Virus record (IMG/VR): IMGVR_UViG_3300024999_000051
Source of the DNA: an uncultured virus (IMG/VR IMGVR_UViG_3300024999_000051)
Taxonomy: Duplodnaviria; Heunggongvirae; Uroviricota; Caudoviricetes
Reading direction: 5' to 3' (one strand)
Length of the DNA: 64,000 bases
This document shows, in pieces, positions 20,067 through 30,550 of this stretch (positions within the stretch are counted from its first letter, which is position 1; every line of letters starts with the position of its first letter). The notes under the pieces were generated by a model. It worked only from the letters and a program-made list of their open reading frames with translations, was not told the origin of the DNA and did no database searches. Both the position numbers and the translations under genes were made by a program.

Positions 20067-20983
20067 TTATGTTACTAGTTCAACCGGATTGATATCAACC
20101 CATTCTTGTACATCTTTTTTCTTAACGCCTCTATGTATACACTTTATCATATTTCTCATTTCATCAACTGTCCAAAGTTCCCAATGGAATTTATTATTAT
20201 CTTCATTCTTTTTTCTAACAATCCTATACGGAGTTTTATTTTCTATGTATTCTTTATATCCCTCTGTAGTCCACCATATTATTTTATCAAGTCTTTCTTG
20301 ACTAAAAATTTCTGATTTCTGTACCATTCTTCCATATCAGACACATTTTTACCACTATTACAATGTTGGCACGATGGGATAGCATTCCTTAAATCATTAT
20401 AACCTTCATCATCTACATGTTCTTTGTGAAGATTCATAATTATTTCTTTATTGTTTCTTGTCATAAAATGTTTTTCGGCATGCAGTCCACAATATGCACA
20501 TGTATTTTCAAATACTTTTAGGCAATCCCTCCATTCAGATTCGGTTATATCGTGAATTCTATGCATTTTAGAATATACCCTACATTTCTCAGGATGATCT
20601 TTTCTCCATTCCGATTGATAATCTTTTTGTTCATCTTTATGGTCAACTAACCATTCGGCATGATATTCCTTATAATATATTTTATTTAAATCTCTTTCCG
20701 CTTTCTTTTTTGATTTAATATCTCCTGCTTCATCTTTAAAATATCTTTCCCTGACTTTTTGAATGCCACATCTTTTACACTCAGGATGTAAGTGGTCTGT
20801 TTTATTTTTGTCATTGTGATAAAAATAATCTAGTGTAGCTGGAAACCAAACATCTTCTTCTGGAAAATAAATATGGTGTTTATTACAGAATTTATGATCC
20901 ATCCCATTAATCGTTTTATGCTCTTGATTAAATTTTTCTTGTCTTTTTCTATCAATTGTCGCCTGTTGTTTTACTGATGCCAA
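20067..20983 (-). pseudogene. HNH endonuclease split by a 1-nt frameshift
   Basis: CAYCG...HKEH...N.IPSCxxCN; the C-terminus matching paralog 50515..51168 continues in another frame at 20304-20308. Confidence 0.8.
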
Positions 20984-20986
20984 TTA

Positions 20987-21325
20987 TTATTTTCCTCCTT
21001 TCTCACTCTTTACTTCCTCAACCAATACACCTTTTTCATAAACATCAATACCGTCTGGACTCCATACCTGAAAATTCCTTCTAAACACTTTCATCCATTC
21101 CAATCTCATATTAGACAACCATAATTTTTGATTTATACGAGCATTAACGAATGAATATGTTTTATCTTTTGCCATCATTGCATTTAGAATTATTTTTTGA
21201 TATGGGAGAAGTTTAATATTTGGATTAAAATCTTCAACAAGTGCTACTGGATTATTATCATAATAATCTTTAAATTTTGCGTATCTTTCTTTGAAGTTTA
21301 GATTATCTTGATCTTTATCATTCAT
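20987..21325 (-). CDS. hypothetical protein resembling a terminase/helicase N-terminal fragment
   Basis: YYDNNPVALVED...IKLLPYQKIIL. Confidence 0.55.
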   Translation of the reverse strand: MNDKDQDNLNFKERYAKFKDYYDNNPVALVEDFNPNIKLLPYQKIILNAMMAKDKTYSFVNARINQKLWLSNMRLEWMKVFRRNFQVWSPDGIDVYEKGVLVEEVKSEKGGK

Positions 21326-21341
21326 AGAAACAACCTTCTTC

Positions 21342-21764
21342 CTATTCAATTATAATTTTATATTTTCTTGGAGAGAATGGACTTCCCAAACCATAACTTC
21401 CATTCTCATATCTTCTTCCCCAATATAAATCATTCGTTTTTGAATTTTCCACAATTCCAATTGTTGTTACGTTGTTTATGACAACGCTTTTGAAAGTTTC
21501 TTTATCTATCAATGTAATTTTCATATCTCCCTTATTTACTGGTTGTTCTTGTTTAATAATTTCGAACACAGATACATCTCCTGTGATATTTCCATTTAAA
21601 TCTATTTCTATAGGCACTTGTAATTTTTGCACCATTTTATCTTTAGAATTTACATCTATATTACAGTGTGGACATTTAATGTATCCATTATCAGGCATTT
21701 CATAATAAACCTTATTGCAAAAGTTACAACAAACCTTTTGTATAATAAATTCAGTATGAGACAT
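21342..21764 (-). CDS. Zn-ribbon protein
   Basis: CNFC...CPHC. Confidence 0.65.
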   Translation of the reverse strand: MSHTEFIIQKVCCNFCNKVYYEMPDNGYIKCPHCNIDVNSKDKMVQKLQVPIEIDLNGNITGDVSVFEIIKQEQPVNKGDMKITLIDKETFKSVVINNVTTIGIVENSKTNDLYWGRRYENGSYGLGSPFSPRKYKIIIE

Positions 21765-21785
21765 GAATAATCCCTTCTTTCTAAT

Positions 21786-22181
21786 TTAATTACTCAAATA
21801 CTCTTTTATCAAAATCCACAATGCATCACATGATTCCATTCCATAAATTTTACCTCTAACTCTTTCATCGAGTAATCTTAAAGTACAATCTATACAACTA
21901 CAACCTAATAATATCTCAATCATTTGACCAATATTTAGTAATGGCAAACAATTGCATTTTGGAAATACATATTCACCTTCTAAGTCGGATACCTCTTCAA
22001 CAAAATTAGGATCATTATTATATAATCCTTTAATAACAACTTCGCTTGTAGTAAGTTTTTCATAATATTTATAAGTGTAAGCAACATAATCATATTGTTT
22101 TGGATGCCACAAATCTCTTAGGTTGTTTTGTTGTCCTAGTGATAATTCTTGTAACTGATCAATATTAATTCTTTGTTTCAT
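21786..22181 (-). CDS. conserved phage hypothetical protein
   Basis: LPLLNIGQMIEIL, CDALW; GGAGG RBS. Confidence 0.75.
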   Translation of the reverse strand: MKQRINIDQLQELSLGQQNNLRDLWHPKQYDYVAYTYKYYEKLTTSEVVIKGLYNNDPNFVEEVSDLEGEYVFPKCNCLPLLNIGQMIEILLGCSCIDCTLRLLDERVRGKIYGMESCDALWILIKEYLSN

Positions 22182-22682
22182 TGTTTATTCCTCCTCTTCT
22201 AACAATCCCAATAAATTTTCTTCTGTTAGTTTAATTTCATTAAGATATGGTTCTCCATCATTGCTCCATATAACTCCTATCACTTCATGTAAATATTCAA
22301 AATCGCTCTCTTTGAAATTATATTTATACATTATTTACTTCTTTCACTCTCCTCAACTTATCATATTCCTTTTCAGTAATCTCAACAACTTTATAGCATT
22401 TAGACAATAAATGATCTTCCAAATATTGTTTATCTTTATAACAAATACTACAAAATCCTGTGATATTATCTGATTCATCTAATTCTTTAAAGTATTTGTG
22501 CATTATCTATTCCTCCCTACAAGGTTTATTTACTTCCCAGACTAATCCACAATTGCAATGTAATTTATCACTTTTACTTCCATTTAATATCACACCATTG
22601 ATTGTAGCACCGCAATTACATATTAATGAGAATGAATATGCTCTGCCTTTCTTATACCAATAATCTAAACTGCTACTGTACA

Positions 22683-22958
22683 TTAATTATTCCTCCTATC
22701 CAAATATTGCTTGGCTTGTTCTGGATACTTATTAATCAAAATTTTCAATGTCATTAAATCATCCTCTTCAGTAAATATTTCAACTGAGTCACTCAATAAA
22801 AACGTAGTTTCTCCTGTATCTAATTTAACTTCAATCAACCAATGTTTTTCTTCTGGAAAATATTCATCAACATATGTCACTGTAAATAGCTCTCCTCCTA
22901 CTAGATCACCATCATAATTTTCATTGCCTATGAATTTACCTCTTTGTCCTTTTCTCAT
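22683..22958 (-). CDS. hypothetical protein
   Basis: AAGGAGG RBS. Confidence 0.7.
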   Translation of the reverse strand: MRKGQRGKFIGNENYDGDLVGGELFTVTYVDEYFPEEKHWLIEVKLDTGETTFLLSDSVEIFTEEDDLMTLKILINKYPEQAKQYLDRRNN

Positions 22959-23009
22959 TTTATATTCCTCCTTATATTTTATCCTTCGAATGTTGGATTT
23001 TCTGGGATA

Positions 23010-23354
23010 TTAAAAATAATTCCTGTTAATATAAACTATTTCGCACTTTTTATCTAATAAAAATTTCTCAGCGCACCAAGCATCATTCAGTTTCATTCCT
23101 TGACGCTTTTGAGAGTTTGAAATTTTATTCATTTCATCTAATAAGTATTCTGGCACTTCATATATAGAAGTTTTGAAACTAGACTTACTTTTAGCAGTTT
23201 CTAAATCGGCATATGTAGTAATTTTATAGGTAATACTATCAAATGCTCCTGCGTCTGCATTTACAAACTTTGTAGGAGCAACTGCAACTGAAATGTTTGC
23301 TATTATAAATAAAATTATTAATCCAATTATTAATCCAATTATTACATAGATCAT
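23010..23354 (-). CDS. membrane-anchored protein
   Basis: N-terminal hydrophobic helix; AAGGAG RBS. Confidence 0.7.
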   Translation of the reverse strand: MIYVIIGLIIGLIILFIIANISVAVAPTKFVNADAGAFDSITYKITTYADLETAKSKSSFKTSIYEVPEYLLDEMNKISNSQKRQGMKLNDAWCAEKFLLDKKCEIVYINRNYF

Positions 23355-23403
23355 TTTATTTATCTCCTTTTCTTAAATCAAATAAAAGTCGAAATTTATC
23401 TGC

Positions 23404-23760
23404 TTAATATTCATTCATTAACCTAATTTCATTTTCTGCAATATCTCTCATACTCTGCATTTCACTTTCAGACAATGTATTACCATCAATATCTATTGAC
23501 TGTATTTCAATATCATCAAATGAATAATCATTAGTTGTGTATCCGCAGTATCCAAATGCAGTCCTTCCTTGTTCAATATTAACTGAAAATCCCATATAAT
23601 CAATCCATTTTGGTTCATGAACCGTAATAAATTGTCTATTAAAATTAATAGATACAATCTTGTACGGAGTACCTTCTCCCATATCAAATCCACCATAATC
23701 AAAACTATTATGTTTGTCAAATTTTGGTTTAATAAACGCTTTGATTTTTAAATTGTTCAT
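23404..23760 (-). CDS. hypothetical protein
   Basis: GGGTGG RBS before MNNLK. Confidence 0.65.
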   Translation of the reverse strand: MNNLKIKAFIKPKFDKHNSFDYGGFDMGEGTPYKIVSINFNRQFITVHEPKWIDYMGFSVNIEQGRTAFGYCGYTTNDYSFDDIEIQSIDIDGNTLSESEMQSMRDIAENEIRLMNEY

Positions 23761-23821
23761 AAATTTACCACCCTTTCTAATTCTTTTATAATTCATATCA
23801 AAGATGTCTTTTAAGTTATTA

Positions 23822-24115
23822 TCAACTAAACATAGTATCTGGACTAATTTCGCATATACTCATTGCCACATACCCTTCAGGAACCCAAGGTTGCTCTCTT
23901 AGACAATGAGTAACAATTCTCCAGCAACTTCTACCTGTATATTCTTGAGCAACAGGATCAAATTCTTTTAGGATTAAAGTATCTTCAACTTTGTAATTAC
24001 GGTCATCTTTCCTAATATCTACTGTTTTACGTTTTAATTTGTTTGGTTTTATTACTGCATTGAAAAGTTCAGGCCAAGTTTTAAGTTCATGGAATTTATT
24101 TTCTTGTTCATTCAT
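23822..24115 (-). CDS. ASCH/PUA-like DUF3850 protein
   Basis: HELKTWPE.F.....K..DIRKDDRNYKVED.LILKEF...YTGR...GYVAMSI. Confidence 0.85.
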   Translation of the reverse strand: MNEQENKFHELKTWPELFNAVIKPNKLKRKTVDIRKDDRNYKVEDTLILKEFDPVAQEYTGRSCWRIVTHCLREQPWVPEGYVAMSICEISPDTMFS

Positions 24116-24154
24116 CTTATTTTCATCCTTTCTTACGTGGGGTTATTATTAATT

Positions 24155-24355
24155 TTAAAATACCATTATTTTAATAACTTCTTCACATTCTTCTAATGAA
24201 CAACTTTTATCTTCCAACCAATCATACAAATTTTTTTCTTCATTGAACTTATAAGTTAAAAATACGCCATCTGGTCTTTCAACTACTGAATATTTATGAT
24301 CTTTAGAATAATAAATTTTACATCCATCATCTTCTATGCTATCAAAAATAAACAT
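24155..24355 (-). CDS. hypothetical protein
   Basis: AAGGAG RBS. Confidence 0.6.
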   Translation of the reverse strand: MFIFDSIEDDGCKIYYSKDHKYSVVERPDGVFLTYKFNEEKNLYDWLEDKSCSLEECEEVIKIMVF

Positions 24356-24373
24356 GATATTACAACTCCTTTC

Positions 24374-24640
24374 TTACTTAATCCCATTCAATATCTTACT
24401 TAACTTCTTATCATAAAATACAGCCATTTGTTCTCTTAACTTTTCCTTGAATTCTACCTTGATTTCTTTTACAACTTCTGAAAATGCATCATTAATCTTT
24501 TCCTCTATTTCATTTGGATCAAATAGATATACACCCATGTCCTCTAATTCTGTTTTGAAATGTTCCTTGATAATTTCAATAAAAGCATTTTTCATTTCTT
24601 CTTTGTCTTGAGCGTCAAATATTTTCATAATATTATCCAT
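24374..24640 (-). CDS. hypothetical helical protein
   Basis: AAGGA RBS. Confidence 0.65.
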   Translation of the reverse strand: MDNIMKIFDAQDKEEMKNAFIEIIKEHFKTELEDMGVYLFDPNEIEEKINDAFSEVVKEIKVEFKEKLREQMAVFYDKKLSKILNGIK

Positions 24641-24664
24641 TTATAATTCCTTCTTTCAGTCTTA

Positions 24665-24853
24665 TTACATGCTTAATTCCATTTCAGATATCAATCTATT
24701 GGTATGAGTTAAGGTTTCGCTGATTGATGCCTTACAACCACCTTCTGGGCTGTTAGGTAACATTTCTGTTAGGTATTTAATGTATGCTTCAAGAGCATTA
24801 TAGATGATATTTTTCTCTTGTTTGGAAACTTCTAATGTCGTTGTGATTTTCAT
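24665..24853 (-). CDS. hypothetical protein, paralog of 25059..25247
   Basis: MKIT...KQEK...SPEG...TNRL.SEMELS. Confidence 0.75.
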   Translation of the reverse strand: MKITTTLEVSKQEKNIIYNALEAYIKYLTEMLPNSPEGGCKASISETLTHTNRLISEMELSM

Positions 24854-25058
24854 TTATTTTTTCTCTCCTCTTTTAATTATTTTAATCCACGTATTATATC
24901 ATTATACTGATGTAATAATTCTACCGCATTGGTTAAAGTCCTTAATTTGCCAATGTCATCCATTGAAACACTTCTTGCATAATCTTTTTTAATTTCAAGT
25001 AAATAAATGATAGTTTCTTGGATTAATAATTCTGTTTCAGTCATTTATTTATGCTCCT

Positions 25059-25247
25059 TTATAAGCTTAATTCCATCTCGGATAATAGACGATTGGTGTT
25101 TGTTAGGGTTGTAGTAATCAATGTCTTAGAAGTTCCTTCAGGACTGTCTGAGAGCATTTTGGTAAGATAAGTAATGTAGACATTTAGAGCATCATAGAAT
25201 ATAGTCTTCTCTTGTTTATTTGTTTCCATAATTGATGTAATTTTCAT
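25059..25247 (-). CDS. hypothetical protein, paralog of 24665..24853
   Basis: Same 62-aa family; GGAGG RBS. Confidence 0.75.
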   Translation of the reverse strand: MKITSIMETNKQEKTIFYDALNVYITYLTKMLSDSPEGTSKTLITTTLTNTNRLLSEMELSL

Positions 25248-25384
25248 TTAGATTGTTCCTCCTCAGATTTATCTTTTCTTAACCATTCTTCATATTCTTC
25301 ACCACTTATACAATTAGGTGGAAGTTCCCAAAATCCTTCTTCCTCAATCTCTTTTAATATTTCTTCAAAAGTTAATAATGTCAT
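25244..25384 (-). CDS. 46-aa acidic protein, paralog of 4578..4709
   Basis: MTLLTFEEILKEIEE...LPP...GEEYEEWLRK; AAGGAG RBS. Confidence 0.7.
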   Translation of the reverse strand: MTLLTFEEILKEIEEEGFWELPPNCISGEEYEEWLRKDKSEEEQSK

Positions 25385-25680
25385 TTTACATCTCCTTCAT
25401 TCTCTTGTTTTTCTAAATGCTTCATTTTTTAAATCCTGATGGCATAAAACTGACTTTTGAATTGTACTAATCACTCAAAATGTTCGCAATTAAATTGTAA
25501 TATAATATCATCCTTAATTTGCTGATATAATTTAGCTGATAAATATGCTTTAAGCGTTAATATCGCTTCTCCGCAATTACATTCTTTCATAGCTTTGCAA
25601 TTAAAACAATTATTCATAATTTATTCTCCTTCCATCTTATAAAGTTGCTGTTTTATGGTATGATTTACAAACAACATCCC

Positions 25681-26304
25681 TCAATCATCTTCATCTTTAT
25701 TGTCTAATACTTTAATCTCTGTCTCAACAACTACTTTGAGAACTTCAATATTCAACATTTTGCATAATAAATAGATTATGTATCCATCCTGTAATATATT
25801 GTTCTTATCAACAACAATATTTCCATTAAACTTTTTATGAAGTTTATAATATTCTAATTTCTCATGTATTTTATCTAAAGAAGGAATAAATTTCTTGAAA
25901 TCTTCCTGTATAATAATATCTTCAATTCTCACAAAAGTTTTTTCTTTGTTTAATTCATCACACCTACGCTGTGCCTCTTCTTTAGATGTAAATAAATTGT
26001 CTTCTGCTCTATTTAACATAGAAAGTCCACAATATCCCTTATATTTTACCGTGATACCACCGTTAGAATTAATACTAATCTTAGTCGTAGAAATTTTATA
26101 CGGTTCATCGCAAACAATATTAACATTTTTCTCTGACTTAAATTTTCCTACTCCCATACACTCAGGGCATTTCATATCTTTACCATTATACTTTATTTTT
26201 CCAGTTCCTTCACATATATTACAAATCATTTCGACTTTTGTTTGTTTTGTGGTGTAAAGAATATCATTACTGTTGAATTTTACCTGGATTTCTAATAAAT
26301 TCAT
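25681..26304 (-). CDS. DnaJ-type Zn-finger protein with a ParB/Srx-like C-terminal domain
   Basis: CxxCxGxG twice; IVVDKNNILQDGY.YL resembles the ParB IDGxxR motif. Confidence 0.65.
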   Translation of the reverse strand: MNLLEIQVKFNSNDILYTTKQTKVEMICNICEGTGKIKYNGKDMKCPECMGVGKFKSEKNVNIVCDEPYKISTTKISINSNGGITVKYKGYCGLSMLNRAEDNLFTSKEEAQRRCDELNKEKTFVRIEDIIIQEDFKKFIPSLDKIHEKLEYYKLHKKFNGNIVVDKNNILQDGYIIYLLCKMLNIEVLKVVVETEIKVLDNKDEDD

Positions 26305-26385
26305 TTTTATTTTCTCCTTTTAACGTCTTGCCCTTTATCAAGTACGTTTAATATCAATTAAAATCGTGCTTTTAATTGAGCCTAC

Positions 26386-26994
26386 TTAATATTTACCATC
26401 TAAATAAGTATCTATTAAATATTGATTATAACCTTGCCACAATTTCAAACACTTCTTAACTTTATCTAAATCAAAATCATTAATAGGCACTGATAAGACA
26501 AACCAATTATCATAATCATTTCCACCATGACTTACTTTCATTTGATATCCATAAGTTTTTACATTACTTAAAAACTCTTCATATATACTTCTCTCTTTTT
26601 CTTTGTCTAATATTTTAACATCATCAGCTAACATCTTATAATCAATAAGCCAGTCCATTAATGTAAGATTGTTTTTCTTTGCTCGTTTGGTTGGAATAGT
26701 TAAAAAATATTCTCTTCTTTTTAAATCTAAATCACATTTAACCTCAGATCCTTCTTTTCTTAATCCATCTCCGCAGGAACAGATATTTTCTTCTACAAAA
26801 CTTCTTAGATGAGATGGAATATATTTGTACTCTTCTTTATCATATTTACTGTAAAATTCTTCTCCATTTATGAATACGTCCATTGAACTGCCGACAATAT
26901 CAAAAACAATACCTTTTTCTGTCTCTAGAATATTAACTCTAATAATTTCACCATTACTTTCAGTTGAAAAGGTGCTTAATAATTTATCTTTCAT
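26386..26994 (-). CDS. hypothetical protein
   Basis: 202 aa, AGGAGG RBS. Confidence 0.75.
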   Translation of the reverse strand: MKDKLLSTFSTESNGEIIRVNILETEKGIVFDIVGSSMDVFINGEEFYSKYDKEEYKYIPSHLRSFVEENICSCGDGLRKEGSEVKCDLDLKRREYFLTIPTKRAKKNNLTLMDWLIDYKMLADDVKILDKEKERSIYEEFLSNVKTYGYQMKVSHGGNDYDNWFVLSVPINDFDLDKVKKCLKLWQGYNQYLIDTYLDGKY

Positions 26995-27028
26995 GATTTC
27001 TTCCTCCTTTTATTCCTAGTAAATGATT

Positions 27029-27229
27029 TTAAATCTCTTTTGCAGTTTTAATTGCAAGTTCAATACTTCGATATCCTTCGAACACATTAAAAAATTCTAC
27101 TTTGTTTTCAGTGTGATCATATTTCTCAACTACAAAGTAACCATCACCATCTAAATAAATTTGATTCTTGCCAACTTTAACCGATTCGCCATTTAACAAT
27201 TTTACTAAGTCTTCTTTACGCATTTCCAA
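27029..27229 (-). CDS. hypothetical protein
   Basis: AAGGAG RBS. Confidence 0.6.
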   Translation of the reverse strand: MEMRKEDLVKLLNGESVKVGKNQIYLDGDGYFVVEKYDHTENKVEFFNVFEGYRSIELAIKTAKEI

Positions 27230-27241
27230 ACTCCTTCCAAC

Positions 27242-27430
27242 CTAATGTATTACACGTTCAAATCTATTCCTTTCTGGACAATTATGATCACGATCTTTGT
27301 TTAATGAATAATCATATTCAATATAATCCAGAAAATCTTTAAATTTTCCTGCTAATTTGTCATAGTAAACCATAACATAATTATGCTTTTTTAGTACATC
27401 GAAAAGTTTCTTAATATCTGAATCTATCAT
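27242..27430 (-). CDS. hypothetical protein
   Basis: GGAGG RBS. Confidence 0.6.
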   Translation of the reverse strand: MIDSDIKKLFDVLKKHNYVMVYYDKLAGKFKDFLDYIEYDYSLNKDRDHNCPERNRFERVIH

Positions 27431-27524
27431 TGTTGAATTCCTCCATTCATTTTAATTTAAAATTAACTTATCTCCACTATCCTTAACCATTACATTTCTA
27501 AAGTCAACTCACATTGATTCAATA

Positions 27525-27791
27525 TTACTTATTAATCTGTTCATCTGTCCAGTCTGTCTGATAATAACCTGCCAATTCACCTTCCTCTTCCACTTCATAA
27601 ATTATACTCCATTCGATTAGTTTTTGTATTTCCAATTCAATGTTTTCAAGAATCCAATTTGTCATTGTTTTAGAAGAAATGGAATACATTAAGATTTTTT
27701 CAAAGGAATTTAAAATATCTTGGCGTGTAGTATAATTAATTTCCCTTACAATTTTGACGATTGTTTGTTGTACGTCATTTTGTAATTTCAT
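27525..27791 (-). CDS. hypothetical protein
   Basis: AAGGA RBS. Confidence 0.6.
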   Translation of the reverse strand: MKLQNDVQQTIVKIVREINYTTRQDILNSFEKILMYSISSKTMTNWILENIELEIQKLIEWSIIYEVEEEGELAGYYQTDWTDEQINK

Positions 27792-27838
27792 GGTTTATTC
27801 ATCCTTTCGAAAGTAATATGAAGTTAGACATTCGACTG

Positions 27839-28186
27839 TTATGATATTTCTAACTTATAACTCTTGCGAGCATCAAATCTTTTTAATCCTTCTAAATTAA
27901 AAGACTCTCCATCTTTTGTAATAATTTGTTCATCTGATATATTTACTATTTCTGTTAAAATATACCCATGAAATCCTTTAAAATATTTGACCTTTTGCCC
28001 TACAGAAAACTTATTAATTTGTTTAATTTGCTCGTTATATTGAATCGCAAGTTTATCTCTAAGATCATGAATTGTTTTAGAAATTTCTTTTTCTGTTCCT
28101 AGATACATTTCTTCTACATCTTTCAGATAATCCAATATGTCTTTTGCTTCTTTGCAAGATACTGAATAAGTGATATTGTTAGTCAT
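27839..28186 (-). CDS. hypothetical protein, C-terminal KOW-like barrel
   Basis: FSVGQKVKY...GESFNLEG; GGGGAG RBS. Confidence 0.65.
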   Translation of the reverse strand: MTNNITYSVSCKEAKDILDYLKDVEEMYLGTEKEISKTIHDLRDKLAIQYNEQIKQINKFSVGQKVKYFKGFHGYILTEIVNISDEQIITKDGESFNLEGLKRFDARKSYKLEIS

Positions 28187-28215
28187 TCTATATCTCCCCT
28201 TTCAATTCCTCTAAA

Positions 28216-28437
28216 TTAATTGGTGTAAAACACATCACCTTTTGTTACTAAACTTTCAGTTCGCCTACAAATATAGTCAATCATTTTTTGAGAATCTACA
28301 CACTTATACATTTTACGAGTCATGTCAGGCATGTATTTTCTGATTATTGATTTTAGTTCATCTACTGAAATGCTTTTGAGTTCATTTATAAGATTTTCTT
28401 CAGTTCCTTCTCTTAATATTTGAATAGGGTTTAACAC
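28216..28437 (-). CDS. hypothetical helical protein
   Basis: AAGGAG RBS, GTG start. Confidence 0.65.
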   Translation of the reverse strand: MLNPIQILREGTEENLINELKSISVDELKSIIRKYMPDMTRKMYKCVDSQKMIDYICRRTESLVTKGDVFYTN

Positions 28438-28454
28438 TTTAAATTGTCTCCTTT

Positions 28455-28721
28455 CTAATCCATCAAATCCTCAATCTTAACCCCTAACACATTAACCAAC
28501 CTTAAAGCATTTTCAAAACTAATATTGGTCTTCTTACTAACTTTTCGATATTGATAGATCGTCTCAATACTTAATCCAGTTTTATCAGCTAACCCCTGAC
28601 CATTCCTATGATATTCTGAGTTATCAATAATTCTAACTAAATTACGTTTTATGACAGTAGAATCAGTTTGATTATATTTTGCTATGAGTGATTCTAAATC
28701 CTTCTGCTGAATGTGATTCAT
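28455..28721 (-). CDS. XRE-like HTH DNA-binding protein
   Basis: LADKTGLSIETIYQY...ISFENALRLVNVLGV. Confidence 0.8.
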   Translation of the reverse strand: MNHIQQKDLESLIAKYNQTDSTVIKRNLVRIIDNSEYHRNGQGLADKTGLSIETIYQYRKVSKKTNISFENALRLVNVLGVKIEDLMD

Positions 28722-28773
28722 TTTTCTATGTACTCACCTGCTTTCTGACTGATTTGTTTTACTTCTTGTGTAT

Positions 28774-28802
28774 ATTATATATCATGGTAATTGGTATTGC
28801 AA
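28774..28802 (-). promoter_or_regulatory. sigmaA-type promoter
   Basis: TTGCAA-N17-TATAAT. Confidence 0.6.
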
Positions 28803-28883
28803 CCCCAATTTGATTAAAATAAAAAATATTATTTTTATGTTGTTGGATTTAAAATTACGGTTTTAATTGATTATAGTTTAAGA

Positions 28884-28912
28884 GAAGCAGGAGGTTTTAA
28901 GTCCTGCTTTTT
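28884..28912. terminator. intrinsic terminator
   Basis: AAGCAGGA/TCCTGCTT stem with A/T flanks. Confidence 0.6.
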
Positions 28913-28929
28913 TATGTAATTATTATGTA

Positions 28930-29881
28930 TTATCTTGCTGTATTTGAAGTATATTCTTCAGTTTCAATTGTTTTATATGCTTCAGAACAAAGTTCCCACT
29001 TCCCGTTCTTATCAATAATATCCAAATAATTAACCTTACCCCTTAATGTGCTTTTTGCATATGGTTCTTTACCTTCTGCCACTCTCCCTTCATTGATTTT
29101 ATCCCATTCATTTTTACATCTAGCATACACATCAAAACTTCCCAATAATTTCATTTTAGCAAACAATGCATTATATGCTTTTGAAATTTCTCTCCCATAG
29201 TATTTATTTGCAAGGATTTTAATCTTATCATTAAAATTAGTTCTATCACAAACAAACATTTGTTGTCCTTTGATCAGTTCTGTATCGGCCTTAACTCCTT
29301 CTATTTCATCTTGTAGTTTTTTTAATTCAACCGATTGTTTATATAGGGTTAAGTTCAGTTACCTTAGAATTATAAGCAAATTGCATTAACATATCATTAG
29401 GATTATTAGTTAAAGTTTGTTTTAAATTATATATTGTGAGTGTAAGATTTCTTTCTGTTTCATCTTCAATAAGCATGATATTATTTTCTGTGGAGTCAAA
29501 TTTACCTGTTCTTTGGATTTGAGAAATTATTGCTTTTACTTTTTTCTTGAATTGTTTGGCTTGGGGTAATTTTGAATTATAGATCAAATCAAATACTCCA
29601 TCTTCATTTATAAATTTAGTACCTCTTTGTCCCAATGTGATTTGATATGTATTGAGTTCTAATTTCAATACCATTTCGGTACTGAGTTTTTCTTTAGTAA
29701 TTATGTAAATATCTTCTTCGTCGCAATGTCTTTCAATATCTCTATTTTGATTGGCATAGCCTAATATTGAAACACATTGGATTCCATTAAGTAACATTGT
29801 TCCTTCAAACTTAAAATTTACATCATCTTTGGTTAAAATTTCTAATTCTTTACCTTCAAAAATTGTTAATTCATTACTCAT
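28930..29881 (-). pseudogene. BRO-N antirepressor, apparently split by a 1-nt insertion
   Basis: LGYAN...FINEDGVFDLI..SKLPQAKQFK...IQRTG; deleting one C at 29346-29348 joins it to ORF 28930..29259. Confidence 0.7.
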
Positions 29882-30171
29882 ATTTATACATTACCATCCT
29901 TCTTATTATTTATTTTATTATTTTATTGCTATTTATGTATTTTAACTCATTATCTTACAATCATGTATATCACCACATCCTTAACTTAACATTAATAATT
30001 TTATTTAAATCTCCATTGATAATAAAATTGACTATCTCCTTTATCATTTATAATTTCATAGTGCCTCATTTTATCATCTGAAGATATGACTTCATAAACC
30101 TTACCGATAGTTAAGCTTAAATTTGGTTCATTGTTTATACATGTAACAGTTTGCATATATCAATAACCCTC

Positions 30172-30489
30172 CTATTTCCTACTTATATTAATCACTAAAT
30201 TGTCATTCTCAATAAACTCAATCTCCGTTCCACAATCCCATCTCTTTTTGATTGCTTCGATAATTATATCTTTCTTAACACAAGCATCTCCACAGGGAAT
30301 AAAAATATTATCTTTCTTCCAATGATTTTCAAAATTAAATATTAATAATTTATCATTACTTTTGTTACCCTCATCATCAAGATATATACATCTGTAGAAC
30401 ATTGTTATATTTTGATCTGTTAACAATTTTACAATGAATACATCACCATCTTAAACATAATCTTTAGAATTATAAATCATAACTGCCAT
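30172..30489 (-). pseudogene. hypothetical protein with in-frame TAA at 30451-30453
   Basis: AGGAGG RBS then MAVMIYNSKDYV*DGDVFIVKLL, in frame with ORF 30172..30426. Confidence 0.65.
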
Positions 30490-30550
30490 TTTAATATTCC
30501 TCCTTTAAATAACTTCAAAGTATTATTTCAAACTTTTAAAATCATGATTG

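Noticed and set aside
20987..21349. Terminase large subunit
   Set aside because: Only a short N-terminal resemblance; no Walker motifs or nuclease domain
23493..23720. Nested minus-strand ORFs (also 36732..36917 and 60398..60682)
   Set aside because: Alternative frames inside better-supported genes, with no RBS
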